Source of the DNA: an uncultured Actinomycetes bacterium
GTDB lineage: Bacteria > Actinomycetota > Thermoleophilia > Gaiellales > Gaiellaceae
DNA length: 64,000 nt
Assembly (NCBI GenBank): GCA_963798725.1
Contig: CAWCUL010000003.1
Span: forward strand, 46,910-110,909
Reading direction: 5' to 3'
Positions 1 to 9,547 of this stretch are shown one piece after another. Both the position numbers and the translations under genes were made by a program. How positions within the stretch are numbered: the stretch's first letter is position 1; each line of letters starts with the position of its first letter. Below the pieces are notes generated by a model that was not told the origin of the DNA, ran no database searches, and saw only the letters and a list, made by a program, of their open reading frames with translations.

Positions 1-2
1 AG

Positions 3-1511
3 CCGGTGCTCGCGATCGTCGGTCAGCAGGCGCGATCGGCGCTCGGGGGCTCCTACCAGCAGGAGGTCGATCTGACGACGCTGTTCAAGGACGTCGCCCA
101 CGAGTACGTCGAGATGGCGACCTCGCCGGAGCAGATGCGCCACCTCGTCGACCGGGCTGTGCGGATCGCCAAGGCAGAGCGAACGGTCACCTGCCTGATC
201 GTCCCGAACGACGTGGCGGGGCTGGAGGCAGTCGAGTCGCCGCCGCGGGAGCACGGGACGATTCATTCGTCGATCGGGTACTCCGCACCGACGGTCGTGC
301 CTGCGGCGGATGACCTGAAGCGCGCTGCCGACGTGCTGAACGAGGGTGAGAAGGTCGCGATGCTCGTCGGCGCGGGCGCGCTCGGCGCCTCCGATGAGGT
401 GGTCGAGGTCGCGGAGCTGCTCGGCGCAGGCGTCGCCAAGGCACTTCTCGGAAAGGCGGCGCTGCCGGACGACCTGCCGTTCGTAACCGGGGCGATCGGC
501 CTGCTCGGGACGAAACCGAGTTGGGACCTGATGGTCGATTGCGACACGCTGCTCATGGTCGGCTCGAGCTTCCCGTACTCGGAGTTCCTGCCGGAGGAAG
601 GTCAGGCACGCGGGGTTCAGATCGATGTCGACGGGCGAATGATCGGCATCCGCTACCCGATGGACGTGCACCTCCTCGGCGATGCGAAGGCCACGCTGCA
701 GGCGCTGATCCCGCTGCTCGAACGCAAGCAGGACCGCGAATGGCGCGGCCAGATCGAGGACGGAGTCGAGGCCTGGTGGAAGCTGATCGAGGAGCGCGCG
801 CTCGAGAGCGCCGACCCGCTCAACCCGCAACTGCTCTTCTACGAGCTCTCGAAGCGGCTTCCCGACGACGCGATACTCACGGCGGATTCCGGCTCGTCGG
901 CGAACTGGTTCGCGCGAGACCTGAGGATCCGCAAGGGGATGATGGCGTCGCTCTCCGGAAACCTCGCAACGATGGGGCCGGGCGTGCCGTATGCGATCGG
1001 GGCCAAGTTCGCGCATCCCGACCGGGTCGTGATCGCGATGGTCGGAGACGGGGCGATGCAGATGAACGGGCTCGCGGAGCTGATCACGATCGGCAAGTAC
1101 TGGCGCCGCTGGTCCGACCCTCGGCTGGTCGTTCTCGTCCTCCACAACGACGACTTGAATCAGGTGACCTGGGAGCAGCGGGCGCTCGAAGGCGATCCGC
1201 GCTACGACGCGTCGCAGGACATCCCGGACTTCCCGTACGCCCGGTACGCCGAGCTGATCGGTCTCGAGGGTATCCGGGTGGACGATCCAGGGGACGTGGC
1301 GTCTGCCTGGGACCGGGCGCTCGCCGCCGACCGTCCCGTCGTCCTCGAGGCGATAACGGACCCGTCCGTGCCGCCGCTGCCCCCGCACATCACGTTCGAG
1401 CAGGCGACGCACTTCGCGCAGGCCGTCCTCGGAGGCGATTCCGATCGGCGCGGGATGATCGTGCAGTCGGTGAAGCAGATGGCGGATCAGCTCGTTCCCG
1501 GGCGCGGGTAG
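3..1511 (+). CDS. Thiamine-pyrophosphate-requiring enzyme, pyruvate oxidase/dehydrogenase (PoxB)-like; 5' end lies outside the window
   Basis: YQQEVDL motif, FAD-domain pattern (LLMVGSSFPY), TPP motif GDGAMQMNG...LHNDDLN; the frame is open to the window edge. Confidence 0.85.
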   Translation, partial: PVLAIVGQQARSALGGSYQQEVDLTTLFKDVAHEYVEMATSPEQMRHLVDRAVRIAKAERTVTCLIVPNDVAGLEAVESPPREHGTIHSSIGYSAPTVVPAADDLKRAADVLNEGEKVAMLVGAGALGASDEVVEVAELLGAGVAKALLGKAALPDDLPFVTGAIGLLGTKPSWDLMVDCDTLLMVGSSFPYSEFLPEEGQARGVQIDVDGRMIGIRYPMDVHLLGDAKATLQALIPLLERKQDREWRGQIEDGVEAWWKLIEERALESADPLNPQLLFYELSKRLPDDAILTADSGSSANWFARDLRIRKGMMASLSGNLATMGPGVPYAIGAKFAHPDRVVIAMVGDGAMQMNGLAELITIGKYWRRWSDPRLVVLVLHNDDLNQVTWEQRALEGDPRYDASQDIPDFPYARYAELIGLEGIRVDDPGDVASAWDRALAADRPVVLEAITDPSVPPLPPHITFEQATHFAQAVLGGDSDRRGMIVQSVKQMADQLVPGRG

Positions 1512-2624
1512 ATGGCGACCGCCGTGCTGGGCGCCGACGTCGCAGTCGAGCGGCTCGACGTCTCCGTGTTTACGGTGCCGACCGACTTCCCCGAGTCTGA
1601 CGGCACCGCAGAGTGGGACTCGACGACCATGGTGCTCGTCGAGGCCCACGGCGGCGACCACATCGGGCTCGGCTACACGTACGGCGACGCCGCGACCGGC
1701 ACGCTCGTACGCGACACGCTCGCGGAGGTCGTCGAGGGCCGCGACGCGCTCGCGGTGACGGCGACCTGGCAGGCGCTCGTGCGCGCCTGTCGCAACCTCG
1801 GGCGGCCCGGCCTCGCGTCGATGGCGATCGCCGCTGTCGATACGGCGCTCTGGGACCTGAAGGCTCGGTTGCTCGACCTGCCGCTCGCAACCCTCCTCGA
1901 CGCGTCACACGAGAGCGTCCCGGTCTACGGAAGCGGGGGCTTCACCTCCTACCCCGACGGACGTCTGGCCGAGCAGCTCGCCGGTTGGGCTGAGCAGGGG
2001 ATCCCGCGCGTGAAGATGAAGGTGGGGCGCGACCCGGAGGACGACCTGCGGCGGCTCGGGATCGCGCGCGCGTCGATCGGGGAGGCGACCGAGCTCTTCG
2101 TCGACGCGAACGGGGCGCTCACGCGCAAAGAGGCGGTCCGGTTCGCCGCGTCGTACGCAGACGACTTCGGCGTGCGCTGGTTCGAAGAGCCGGTCTCCTC
2201 CGACGACCTGGCCGGGCTCCGCCTGATACGCGACCGTGGGCCGGGGGGCATGGATGTCGCCGCGGGCGAGTACGGCTACACGCTCGACTACTTCGAGCGG
2301 ATGTTGGCCGCCGGTTCGGTCGACTGCCTGCAGGCGGACGTCACGCGCTGTGAGGGAATCACCGGCTTCTTGCGTGTAGCGGCGCTCTGTCAGGCCCGCT
2401 CGTTGCAGCTCTCCGCTCACTGCGGCCCGGCGATCCACCTTCACCCGTGCTGCGCGGTCGTGCCGCTCCGCCATCTCGAGTACTTCCATGACCACGTCCG
2501 CATCGAGCGGATGCTCTTCGACGGGGTCCAGGCCCCGGTGGACGGTGAGCTCCGCCCCGATCTCTCACGGCCGGGGAACGGGCTCGAGCTCAAGCGCGCC
2601 GACGCCGAACCCTACGAACACTGA
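1512..2624 (+). CDS. Mandelate racemase/muconate lactonizing enzyme (enolase superfamily) protein
   Basis: KMKVG, FVDANG, WFEEP, AGEYGY, QADVTRCEG, SAHC metal/catalytic motifs; ATG directly follows the upstream stop. Confidence 0.9.
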   Translation: MATAVLGADVAVERLDVSVFTVPTDFPESDGTAEWDSTTMVLVEAHGGDHIGLGYTYGDAATGTLVRDTLAEVVEGRDALAVTATWQALVRACRNLGRPGLASMAIAAVDTALWDLKARLLDLPLATLLDASHESVPVYGSGGFTSYPDGRLAEQLAGWAEQGIPRVKMKVGRDPEDDLRRLGIARASIGEATELFVDANGALTRKEAVRFAASYADDFGVRWFEEPVSSDDLAGLRLIRDRGPGGMDVAAGEYGYTLDYFERMLAAGSVDCLQADVTRCEGITGFLRVAALCQARSLQLSAHCGPAIHLHPCCAVVPLRHLEYFHDHVRIERMLFDGVQAPVDGELRPDLSRPGNGLELKRADAEPYEH

Positions 2625-2639
2625 ACGAAGGAGAACCGA

Positions 2640-3086
2640 ATGACACTGGGCAAGAGGCGCGGCCGAGTCGCACGAGCGCTCGCCAACGTACGCGCAGGAC
2701 GAATGCAGAGGACGCTGGCCGCAGCGGCGGCGCTGAGCGCTCCACCGCTCGCCTTCGAGATCTACCTCGAGCACTACAAGGGCTCGTTCGGCGACAAGTG
2801 GATGTGGACACCGGTCGTCTTGACCCCGCCGCTGACGGCGGCCGGGATCGCCGCCGTCTTCTCGGAACGAGCGGCCAGGACAGTGCTGCCGGCGATCTCG
2901 GCCCTCTACTGCCTCGACGGAATCGTCGGTCTCGTGACCCACGTGCAGGGCGTGCGCAAGAAGCCGGGCGGCTTCTCCGAGCCGACCTACAACCTCGTGA
3001 TGGGCCCGCCGCTCCTCGCGCCCGGGTCGCTGCTCATGATCGGAGGCTTTGGCCTGCTGGCGCCGCTCATGGGGCGAGAGCGCTGA
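2640..3086 (+). CDS. Hypothetical integral membrane protein (about 4 TM)
   Basis: RBS GAAGGAG upstream; hydrophobic segments; motifs EHYKGSF and NLVMGPPLLAPG; operonic position. Confidence 0.75.
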   Translation: MTLGKRRGRVARALANVRAGRMQRTLAAAAALSAPPLAFEIYLEHYKGSFGDKWMWTPVVLTPPLTAAGIAAVFSERAARTVLPAISALYCLDGIVGLVTHVQGVRKKPGGFSEPTYNLVMGPPLLAPGSLLMIGGFGLLAPLMGRER

Positions 3087-3087
3087 C

Positions 3088-3819
3088 GTGGCACCTGACT
3101 TCCGCCAAGCCCTCCATCTACCGAATATCAGCGGCGACGTCGGCGCTGACCCGCACGAGCTCCCCCGGCAGCGCCGTGGGAGCACGCCGCAGATGCACGG
3201 CCGCTACCCGGACTACGACTGCCTAGAGCATGTCGGTCACTGGGACGATCTGACGCGCAAGGTCGTCCTCGATCGGATCGAGCACGTCCCCGACTACCGC
3301 TTCTTCACGGAATCGGAGAGAGCCACCCTCACAGCCTTCTGTGACGTGGTGCTCGCTCAGGATGCAGAGCCGAAAATCCCGGTGCTCGCATTCGTCGACG
3401 ACAAGCTTGCCGACGGGAAGCTGGACGGCTTCCAGTACGCCGACATGCCCGACGACCGGGAGACCTGGAGGCTCGTCGCGCGTGGGCTGGACGAGAGCGC
3501 CCAGGCACGCGGGGCGGTGTCGTACGCGGATGCACCGGACCGCCTGCAGGCCGCCCTCTCGGACGACCTCGCCGACGGGAAGCTCGAAGGAGGCGTCTGG
3601 GAGACGGTCGATCCCGGGCGCGCCTGGGGCGTCGTCATGCGGAGCGTCCTCGCGGCCTTCTACGCGCACCCCTGGGCATGGAACGAGATCGGCTTCGGCG
3701 GCCCTGCCTACCCTCGCGGCTACGCGCGGCTCGGGGGAGGGCTCTCGGAGACCTGGGAAGGCGCCGAGGCGATCGATGTCGACCCGGTGAAGGACGTGAA
3801 GAAGCGCGGGCTCGAATGA
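3088..3819 (+). CDS. Gluconate 2-dehydrogenase subunit 3 family protein
   Basis: GTG start 1 nt after the upstream stop; FYAHPWAWNEIGFGGPAYPRGY C-terminal signature; adjacent to a GMC flavoprotein. Confidence 0.8.
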   Translation: MAPDFRQALHLPNISGDVGADPHELPRQRRGSTPQMHGRYPDYDCLEHVGHWDDLTRKVVLDRIEHVPDYRFFTESERATLTAFCDVVLAQDAEPKIPVLAFVDDKLADGKLDGFQYADMPDDRETWRLVARGLDESAQARGAVSYADAPDRLQAALSDDLADGKLEGGVWETVDPGRAWGVVMRSVLAAFYAHPWAWNEIGFGGPAYPRGYARLGGGLSETWEGAEAIDVDPVKDVKKRGLE

Positions 3820-5513
3820 GGTTGGGCGCCGACCTTCTCAAGGGCTCTGTTCAGCCACCGGACAACGACTCGGCGTTCCTGCTCGACGTCCACCGGCGCG
3901 GCGTGCCCGGGCGAGAGCGCATGCGTCGCTTTTCGGACACAGACGAGGTCGACCTGCTCGTCGTCGGCTGCGGCGCCGGGGGATCCGTGCTCGCCCAGCG
4001 GCTCGCGCGTGCCGGCTGGCGGATCGTCGTTCTCGACCGCGGCCCGTTCTGGGATCCAGACGAGGACTGGGTCTCGGACGAGGAGGGGTCGCACCACATC
4101 TACTGGACCGACAAGCGCATCGTCGGAGGCGAGGACCCGGTCGAGCTCGGCAAGAACAACTCCGGACACGGCGTCGGCGGGTCGATGGTGCACTTCGCCG
4201 GCTACACGCCTCGGTTCCACCCCTCCGACTTCGAAACACGCACGCGCGACGGGGTCGGCGACGACTGGCCGATCTCCTACCGGAACCTGAAGCCCCACTA
4301 CGAGCGTCTCGAGCACGAGCTTCCGGTCGCCGGGCAGCACTGGCCCTGGGGAGACCCGCATACGTATCCGCATGGGCCGCACCCGATCGGAGGCGCGGCG
4401 GGACGTGTGTGGGAGGGCGCCCGCGCACACGGAATCGAGATGCGGGTCGGGCCGGTCGCGATCACGAACGGCGTCTTCGGGAACCGGCCGCACTGCATCT
4501 ACCGCGGCTTCTGCCTGCAGGGCTGCAAGGTCAACGCGAAGGCATCGCCACTGGTAACCCACGTCCCCGATGCCATCGAGCACGGTGTCGAGATCCGCGC
4601 AGGCTCCATGGCCGTGCGGATCGAGCTCGACGAGGCGAGCGGGAGGGTCGCGGGCGTGACCTACGTCGACGTCGAGAGCGGGCGCGAGCGCTTCCAGCGG
4701 GCCGCGGCGGTCGCCGTCTGCGGCTACTCGATCGAGTCGCCGCGGCTTCTGCTCAATTCGATCTCGAATCGGTTTCCTCATGGGCTCGCAAACACCCACG
4801 ACCAGGTCGGCCGATACGTGATGGTGCAGGGCGCGAGCCAGGTCGCCGGACGCTTCCCCGCGCTCCTGCGCATGTACAAGGCGCCGCCGCCCGAGGTCTC
4901 GTCCGAGCAGTTCTACGAGACCGACGAGTCGCGCGGCTTTGCCCGCGGCTTCTCGCTGCAGACGGTGAGCCCGCTCCCGATCGGCTGGGCCGAGCACGTG
5001 CTCGCCGACGGTCACCGCGGGGCGGCGCTGCGCGAGTACATGCGCGACTACAACCACTGGGCCGTTCTCGGCTCGCTGTGCGAGCTTCTGCCCTTGCGCG
5101 AGAACCGGGTCACGCTCGCCGACGAGCCCGACCAGTTCGGGATGCCGGTCGCGCGCTTCGACTACACGCAGTCTGACAACGACCGCGCCAATATCGCCTT
5201 CGCGAAGGAGACCATGCATGCGATCTGGGAGACGGCCGGCGCGCAGGACGTCCTCACGATCGACCGCTACGCCCACCTCGTCGGCGGCTGCCGCATGGGC
5301 TTCTCCGCGCCGACGAGTGTCGTCAACGCCGATCACCAGGCATGGGAGGTGGCCAACCTGTTCGTTTGCGACGGCAGCGTGATGCCGACCCAGGGCGCGG
5401 CCAACCCGGCGCTGACCATCATGGCGCTCGCCTCGCGGCTCGCCGAGCGCCTGACGAGAAAGCGCATCTCCTCGCAGACGCGCATGCAAGGGAAAGCAGC
5501 TGCAGCGCGCTGA
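3816..5513 (+). CDS. GMC family oxidoreductase (flavoprotein subunit)
   Basis: ATGA overlap; VVGCGAGGS FAD motif, GVGGSMVH, CIYRGFCLQGC Cys cluster, HLVGGCRMG, NLFVCDGSV, ANPALTI. Confidence 0.92.
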   Translation: MRLGADLLKGSVQPPDNDSAFLLDVHRRGVPGRERMRRFSDTDEVDLLVVGCGAGGSVLAQRLARAGWRIVVLDRGPFWDPDEDWVSDEEGSHHIYWTDKRIVGGEDPVELGKNNSGHGVGGSMVHFAGYTPRFHPSDFETRTRDGVGDDWPISYRNLKPHYERLEHELPVAGQHWPWGDPHTYPHGPHPIGGAAGRVWEGARAHGIEMRVGPVAITNGVFGNRPHCIYRGFCLQGCKVNAKASPLVTHVPDAIEHGVEIRAGSMAVRIELDEASGRVAGVTYVDVESGRERFQRAAAVAVCGYSIESPRLLLNSISNRFPHGLANTHDQVGRYVMVQGASQVAGRFPALLRMYKAPPPEVSSEQFYETDESRGFARGFSLQTVSPLPIGWAEHVLADGHRGAALREYMRDYNHWAVLGSLCELLPLRENRVTLADEPDQFGMPVARFDYTQSDNDRANIAFAKETMHAIWETAGAQDVLTIDRYAHLVGGCRMGFSAPTSVVNADHQAWEVANLFVCDGSVMPTQGAANPALTIMALASRLAERLTRKRISSQTRMQGKAAAAR

Positions 5514-5582
5514 TGCAACGCAACACCCAGGCGGCCCGCGCGAGGACGGGCAGCATCACGCATCCGAGCGAGAGGGGAAATC

Positions 5583-6584
5583 GTGAACGGAAACGGAAGG
5601 AAAGAAGTCGTCGTGGTCACCGGCGCGTCCGGCGGCGTGGGGCGGGCGGTAGCCCACGCGTTCGCCAGGCGCGGCGCGCACATCGGGCTCGTGGCGCGCG
5701 GTGAGCAGGGCCTCGAAGGTTCACGCCGGGAGGTCGAGTCCCTCGGCGGCCAGGCGCTCGTGCTGCCCACGGACGTGGCCGACGCCGAGCAGGTCGAGGC
5801 CGCGGCCGAGGCGGTCGAGAGCGAGCTCGGGCCGATCGACGTCTGGGTCAACGACGCGATGGCCACCGTGTTCGCTCGGTTCGTGGACGTCACGCCCGAG
5901 GAGTTCCAGCGAGCGACGGAGGTCACCTACCTCGGCACCGTCTACGGGACGATGGCAGCGCTCCAGCGGATGGTTCCGCGCGACCGCGGCACGGTGGTGC
6001 AGGTCGGCTCGGCGCTTTCCTACCGGGCAATACCCCTGCAATCGACGTATTGCGGAGCAAAGTTCGCGGTGCGCGGCTTCACCGACTCGGTGCGGACCGA
6101 GCTGATGCACGACGGCAGCAACGTCTGGATCACGATGGTGCAGCTACCGGCGGTCAACACCCCGCAGTTCAACTGGTGTCGTACGAAGCTTCCCGACCAC
6201 CCTCAACCGGTGCCGCCGATCTACCAGCCGGAGGTGCCGGCCGAGGCGGTCTACTGGGCGGCGCACCACCGCCGGCGCGAGCTCGACGTCGGCGCGAGCG
6301 CGGTCAAGGCGATCGTGGGCAACAAGCTCTCGCCGCGCATCGCCGACTGGTATCTCGCCCGCGGCGGCTACGCCTCGCAGCAGGTCGACGGGATGTCCGT
6401 CGGCGATCGTCGGGACAACCTCTTCGCGCCCGTGCCCGAAGAGGCCGCGACGCACGGCATGTTCGACGATCGAGCCAGAACGCGCAGCTATCAGCTCTGG
6501 GCAAACACGCACCGGCCTCTCGCTGCAGCAGCGCTCGCCGCCGCTGCCGGAGCGGCAGCGGGTCTCGCGCGACGAGGGCGGTGA
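5583..6584 (+). CDS. SDR family oxidoreductase with C-terminal extension
   Basis: TGASGGVG, VWVNDA, YCGAK (YxxxK). Confidence 0.92.
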   Translation: MNGNGRKEVVVVTGASGGVGRAVAHAFARRGAHIGLVARGEQGLEGSRREVESLGGQALVLPTDVADAEQVEAAAEAVESELGPIDVWVNDAMATVFARFVDVTPEEFQRATEVTYLGTVYGTMAALQRMVPRDRGTVVQVGSALSYRAIPLQSTYCGAKFAVRGFTDSVRTELMHDGSNVWITMVQLPAVNTPQFNWCRTKLPDHPQPVPPIYQPEVPAEAVYWAAHHRRRELDVGASAVKAIVGNKLSPRIADWYLARGGYASQQVDGMSVGDRRDNLFAPVPEEAATHGMFDDRARTRSYQLWANTHRPLAAAALAAAAGAAAGLARRGR

Positions 6585-6668
6585 GCGAGCCGGATGGATC
6601 AGGCGACCAGCCCGAACACGGCATTAACATCGGATGACGATCTATATTGCCCGCAAGGAGGTGGTTCG

Positions 6669-7052
6669 ATGGCTCTGGATGACACGATCTCGGCCGTTTC
6701 CCACGACGCGCTGACGGCGGCTGATCCGACACCGGGGCTCGTGCGCGAGGTGGCGTTCGCAACCGACCGTGCGCTTCTCACTCGCGTTCACGGGGAGCCG
6801 AGGATCGTCTCGGGTTGGCATCACCACGGACAACGGGAGGTGCTCGGGTACGTGCTACGCGGCCGCGTGCGGTTCGAGTTCGGGCCGGGCGGCCGATCGA
6901 CCACCGACGTCGAGGAAGGCGGGTTCTTCCACGTGCCGGTCGGGTGCGTGCACCGGGACGTCAATCCCGAGGACGTCGCGCAGGAGCTGATCATCTCGTT
7001 CGTGGGTGAAGGCCCGCTCGTCGTCAATCTCGGCGGCCCCGACGCGGTCTGA
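6669..7052 (+). CDS. Cupin domain protein
   Basis: WHHHG...E and FFHVPVGCVH cupin motifs; RBS AGGAGG before ATG 6669 (alternative start 6594). Confidence 0.8.
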   Translation: MALDDTISAVSHDALTAADPTPGLVREVAFATDRALLTRVHGEPRIVSGWHHHGQREVLGYVLRGRVRFEFGPGGRSTTDVEEGGFFHVPVGCVHRDVNPEDVAQELIISFVGEGPLVVNLGGPDAV

Positions 7053-7079
7053 CCCGGCCCGTCGCGCTCGACCGCGTCC

Positions 7080-7105
7080 GATGAGTTTCGCGCGGCCGTC
7101 CGGTC
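7080..7105 (+). promoter_or_regulatory. Candidate ECF-type promoter GATGAGTTT-N13-GGTC
   Basis: Near-identical motif and spacing recur upstream of another VOC gene (31348-31323, minus strand). Confidence 0.45.
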
Positions 7106-7135
7106 TGTACCCGGACCCGACCGGATGGAGGAAAC

Positions 7136-7609
7136 ATGCAGAAGATCACCCCGTGCCTCTGGTTCGACACGGAAGGAGAGGAGGCAGCCCGTTTCTACAC
7201 CTCGGTCTTCCCGAACTCGCGGATCGTCGAGGTCACGCACTACGGCTCTGCGGGCCCGCGACCGGAGGGGATGGTGATGACCGTGACCTTCGAGCTGGAC
7301 GGGCAGCAGTTCACCGCGCTCAACGGCGGTTCGCAATTCGCGTTCAACGAGGCGCTCTCGCTCGCGGTGAGCTGTGAGGCGCAGGAGGAGGTCGACAGGC
7401 TCTGGAGCGCGCTCTCCGAGGGAGGCGAGGAAGGACCATGCGGCTGGCTCAAGGACCGCTACGGCCTGTCGTGGCAGATCGTCCCCGCCAGGCTTCTGGA
7501 GCTTCTCTCCGACCCCGACCGCGAGAAGGCGCAGCGCGTGATGGCCGCCATGCTGCAGATGGGGAAGATCGACATCGCCGGTCTCGAGCAGGCGGCCGGG
7601 GCTGCCTGA
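7136..7609 (+). CDS. VOC family protein (PhnB / 3-demethylubiquinone-9 3-methyltransferase-like)
   Basis: [34 protein letters not shown]; RBS GGAGG. Confidence 0.9.
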   Translation: MQKITPCLWFDTEGEEAARFYTSVFPNSRIVEVTHYGSAGPRPEGMVMTVTFELDGQQFTALNGGSQFAFNEALSLAVSCEAQEEVDRLWSALSEGGEEGPCGWLKDRYGLSWQIVPARLLELLSDPDREKAQRVMAAMLQMGKIDIAGLEQAAGAA

Positions 7610-7727
7610 CCGGGAAGCTCGGGTTCACGGTCACGACGTCGCTCGGCGGGTACCTCGCCGGTCCCGACCCGAGCCTCGAGCACCCGCCGAGCCGGACGGA
7701 GGTGGCCGATCTTCTCCTCGTGCGGGG

Positions 7728-8525
7728 CTAGAGGCTCGTGACGTCGTTCGGGCCGCCTGCCAGCTCGGCGAGCACGGCTGCCGCCGCCGCTGCGACGTGA
7801 GGCTCCACGCCCAGGTCCGAGAGGAGCGCAACGGCCGCGTCCATTTCGTCCACACGACGACGAGCGTGGACCGAGCTTCCGGCCACGAGCCGCTCGAGGA
7901 GCGCCTCGTCGGCAGCGTCGAGCACGGCGGCGATCTCGGTGCGAAGCCACGGCTCGCAGTCCGCGGCGCGTGCTGCAGAGAGGCTCTCGATCGCGGCCGC
8001 GGCGATCCCCTTGGTGAAGACGCTGCGCACGAGCTTGCGGGTCGCTGCTTCGCCGGGAACGTCGCCGAGCACCGCGACCGGCGTGCCGAGCGGGCCGAAG
8101 ATCGCCGCGTAGAGCGGCGCTCCCGGGCCCGAGGCGAGGCAGGGTACGCCGAGGCCCCTTCCCGGTAACGGGCCGAGGACGGCGACGTCTACGAACGCCG
8201 CTCTGGACGGCGCGATCGCCGCGGCGAGGTCGCGCTTGGTCGCCGCACTCGTCGTGTTGAGGTCGGCATACAGATGGGCTGCGGTGAGGTCCATCGCGAC
8301 GCTCCTCGCGGCCCCGAGCGCGACGGACGCGGCGTTGACGCTGAGAACGGCGTCGGCGGGTGCGGCCGCGTCGCCCGGAGCGCCGACGCGCTCGACCCCC
8401 GCGACCGACCGCGAGGTGTCGGGATCGAAGCCCAGAGTCCGAACGCCTGCAGCGACGAGATCGGCGGCGATCGCGGAGCCCGCCTCGCCGAGGCCGAGCA
8501 GGGCGATCACCGGCAGTTCGGTCAC
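7728..8525 (-). CDS. NAD(P)-dependent oxidoreductase, 3-hydroxyisobutyrate/6-phosphogluconate dehydrogenase-like (DUF1932 type)
   Basis: LLGLGEAGSAIA Rossmann motif, YADLNTTS, KLVRSVFTKG, HARRRVDEM. Confidence 0.8.
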   Translation of the reverse strand: MTELPVIALLGLGEAGSAIAADLVAAGVRTLGFDPDTSRSVAGVERVGAPGDAAAPADAVLSVNAASVALGAARSVAMDLTAAHLYADLNTTSAATKRDLAAAIAPSRAAFVDVAVLGPLPGRGLGVPCLASGPGAPLYAAIFGPLGTPVAVLGDVPGEAATRKLVRSVFTKGIAAAAIESLSAARAADCEPWLRTEIAAVLDAADEALLERLVAGSSVHARRRVDEMDAAVALLSDLGVEPHVAAAAAAVLAELAGGPNDVTSL

Positions 8526-8584
8526 GCCCCTGTCCTCTGCTTGACCACGCCTCTCGTCAGCTTAGGCGGTAACGTCGCGCCTGG

Positions 8585-9547
8585 ATGCGCGACACGAGTG
8601 TGGCGAATCTTCGGGACGACGGATCGTCGGCACAGCCGTCCGATCGTGCGCGTGAGCTCGTGCGCACGGCGTACGACCTGCACGTGCACATCGGCCCGGA
8701 CGTGATGACCCGCCGGATCGACGACGTCACGCTCGCCGAGCGGTTCCTCGAGGTCGGTCTTGCCGGCTTCGGCCTCAAGTCGCACTACACGTCGACCGCC
8801 GAGCGGGCGCAGGTTGTCGCCCGGGCGGTTCCCGGGGTCGACGTCGTCGGGACGCTCACCCTGAACGCCGCGATCGGCGGCCTCAACCCCCTTGCCGTCG
8901 AGATCGCCGCGAGGGAGGGCGCGCGGATCGTATGGCTGCCGACCGTCGACGCCGTCAACGAGGCCGGCGCGCGGGATCGCGAGTATCCCGAGGGCGCTGC
9001 CAAGCCTCTATGGGCGCGAATCCAGTCGGAGCTTCGCGACCAGGGGCTCGAGGCGGCGCCGGTGGCGGTCGTCGACGGTGCCGGAGAGCCGCTCCCGGCG
9101 CTCCTCGACGTGCTCTCGGTCGTCGCGCGCCATGGCCTCGTTCTCGGGACCGGCCACCTCGACCGGGACGAGATCTTCACGGTCGTCGACGCCGCGCTCG
9201 CCGCGGGCGTGCGGAACGTCGTCGTCACGCACCCGGAGTTCCCGGCGCAGGACCTCGGCATCGACGACCAGATCGCGCTCGCAGGGCGCGGTGCGCTCCT
9301 CGAGCGCTGCTTCACGACGCCCTACACGGGCAAGTGCTCGTGGGAGCGGGTATGCGAGGGGATCCGCGCGACGGGCGCCGAGCGCAATCTTCTCTCCACC
9401 GATCTCGGTCAACCGGCGAACCCGCCGGTCGAGGACGGGCTCGCGCTGTTCGCCGAGTCGCTTCTCGAAGGCGGCGTCACCGAGGACGAGGTCCACACGA
9501 TGACCGTCGTCAACTCGCGGGCGCTCGCGGGGGTCGCGGCCGAATGA
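8585..9547 (+). CDS. Metal-dependent amidohydrolase-like TIM-barrel protein (DUF6282-like)
   Basis: DLHVH, LKSH, WLPT, GTGHL, VTHP, STDLGQ motifs. Confidence 0.75.
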   Translation: MRDTSVANLRDDGSSAQPSDRARELVRTAYDLHVHIGPDVMTRRIDDVTLAERFLEVGLAGFGLKSHYTSTAERAQVVARAVPGVDVVGTLTLNAAIGGLNPLAVEIAAREGARIVWLPTVDAVNEAGARDREYPEGAAKPLWARIQSELRDQGLEAAPVAVVDGAGEPLPALLDVLSVVARHGLVLGTGHLDRDEIFTVVDAALAAGVRNVVVTHPEFPAQDLGIDDQIALAGRGALLERCFTTPYTGKCSWERVCEGIRATGAERNLLSTDLGQPANPPVEDGLALFAESLLEGGVTEDEVHTMTVVNSRALAGVAAE

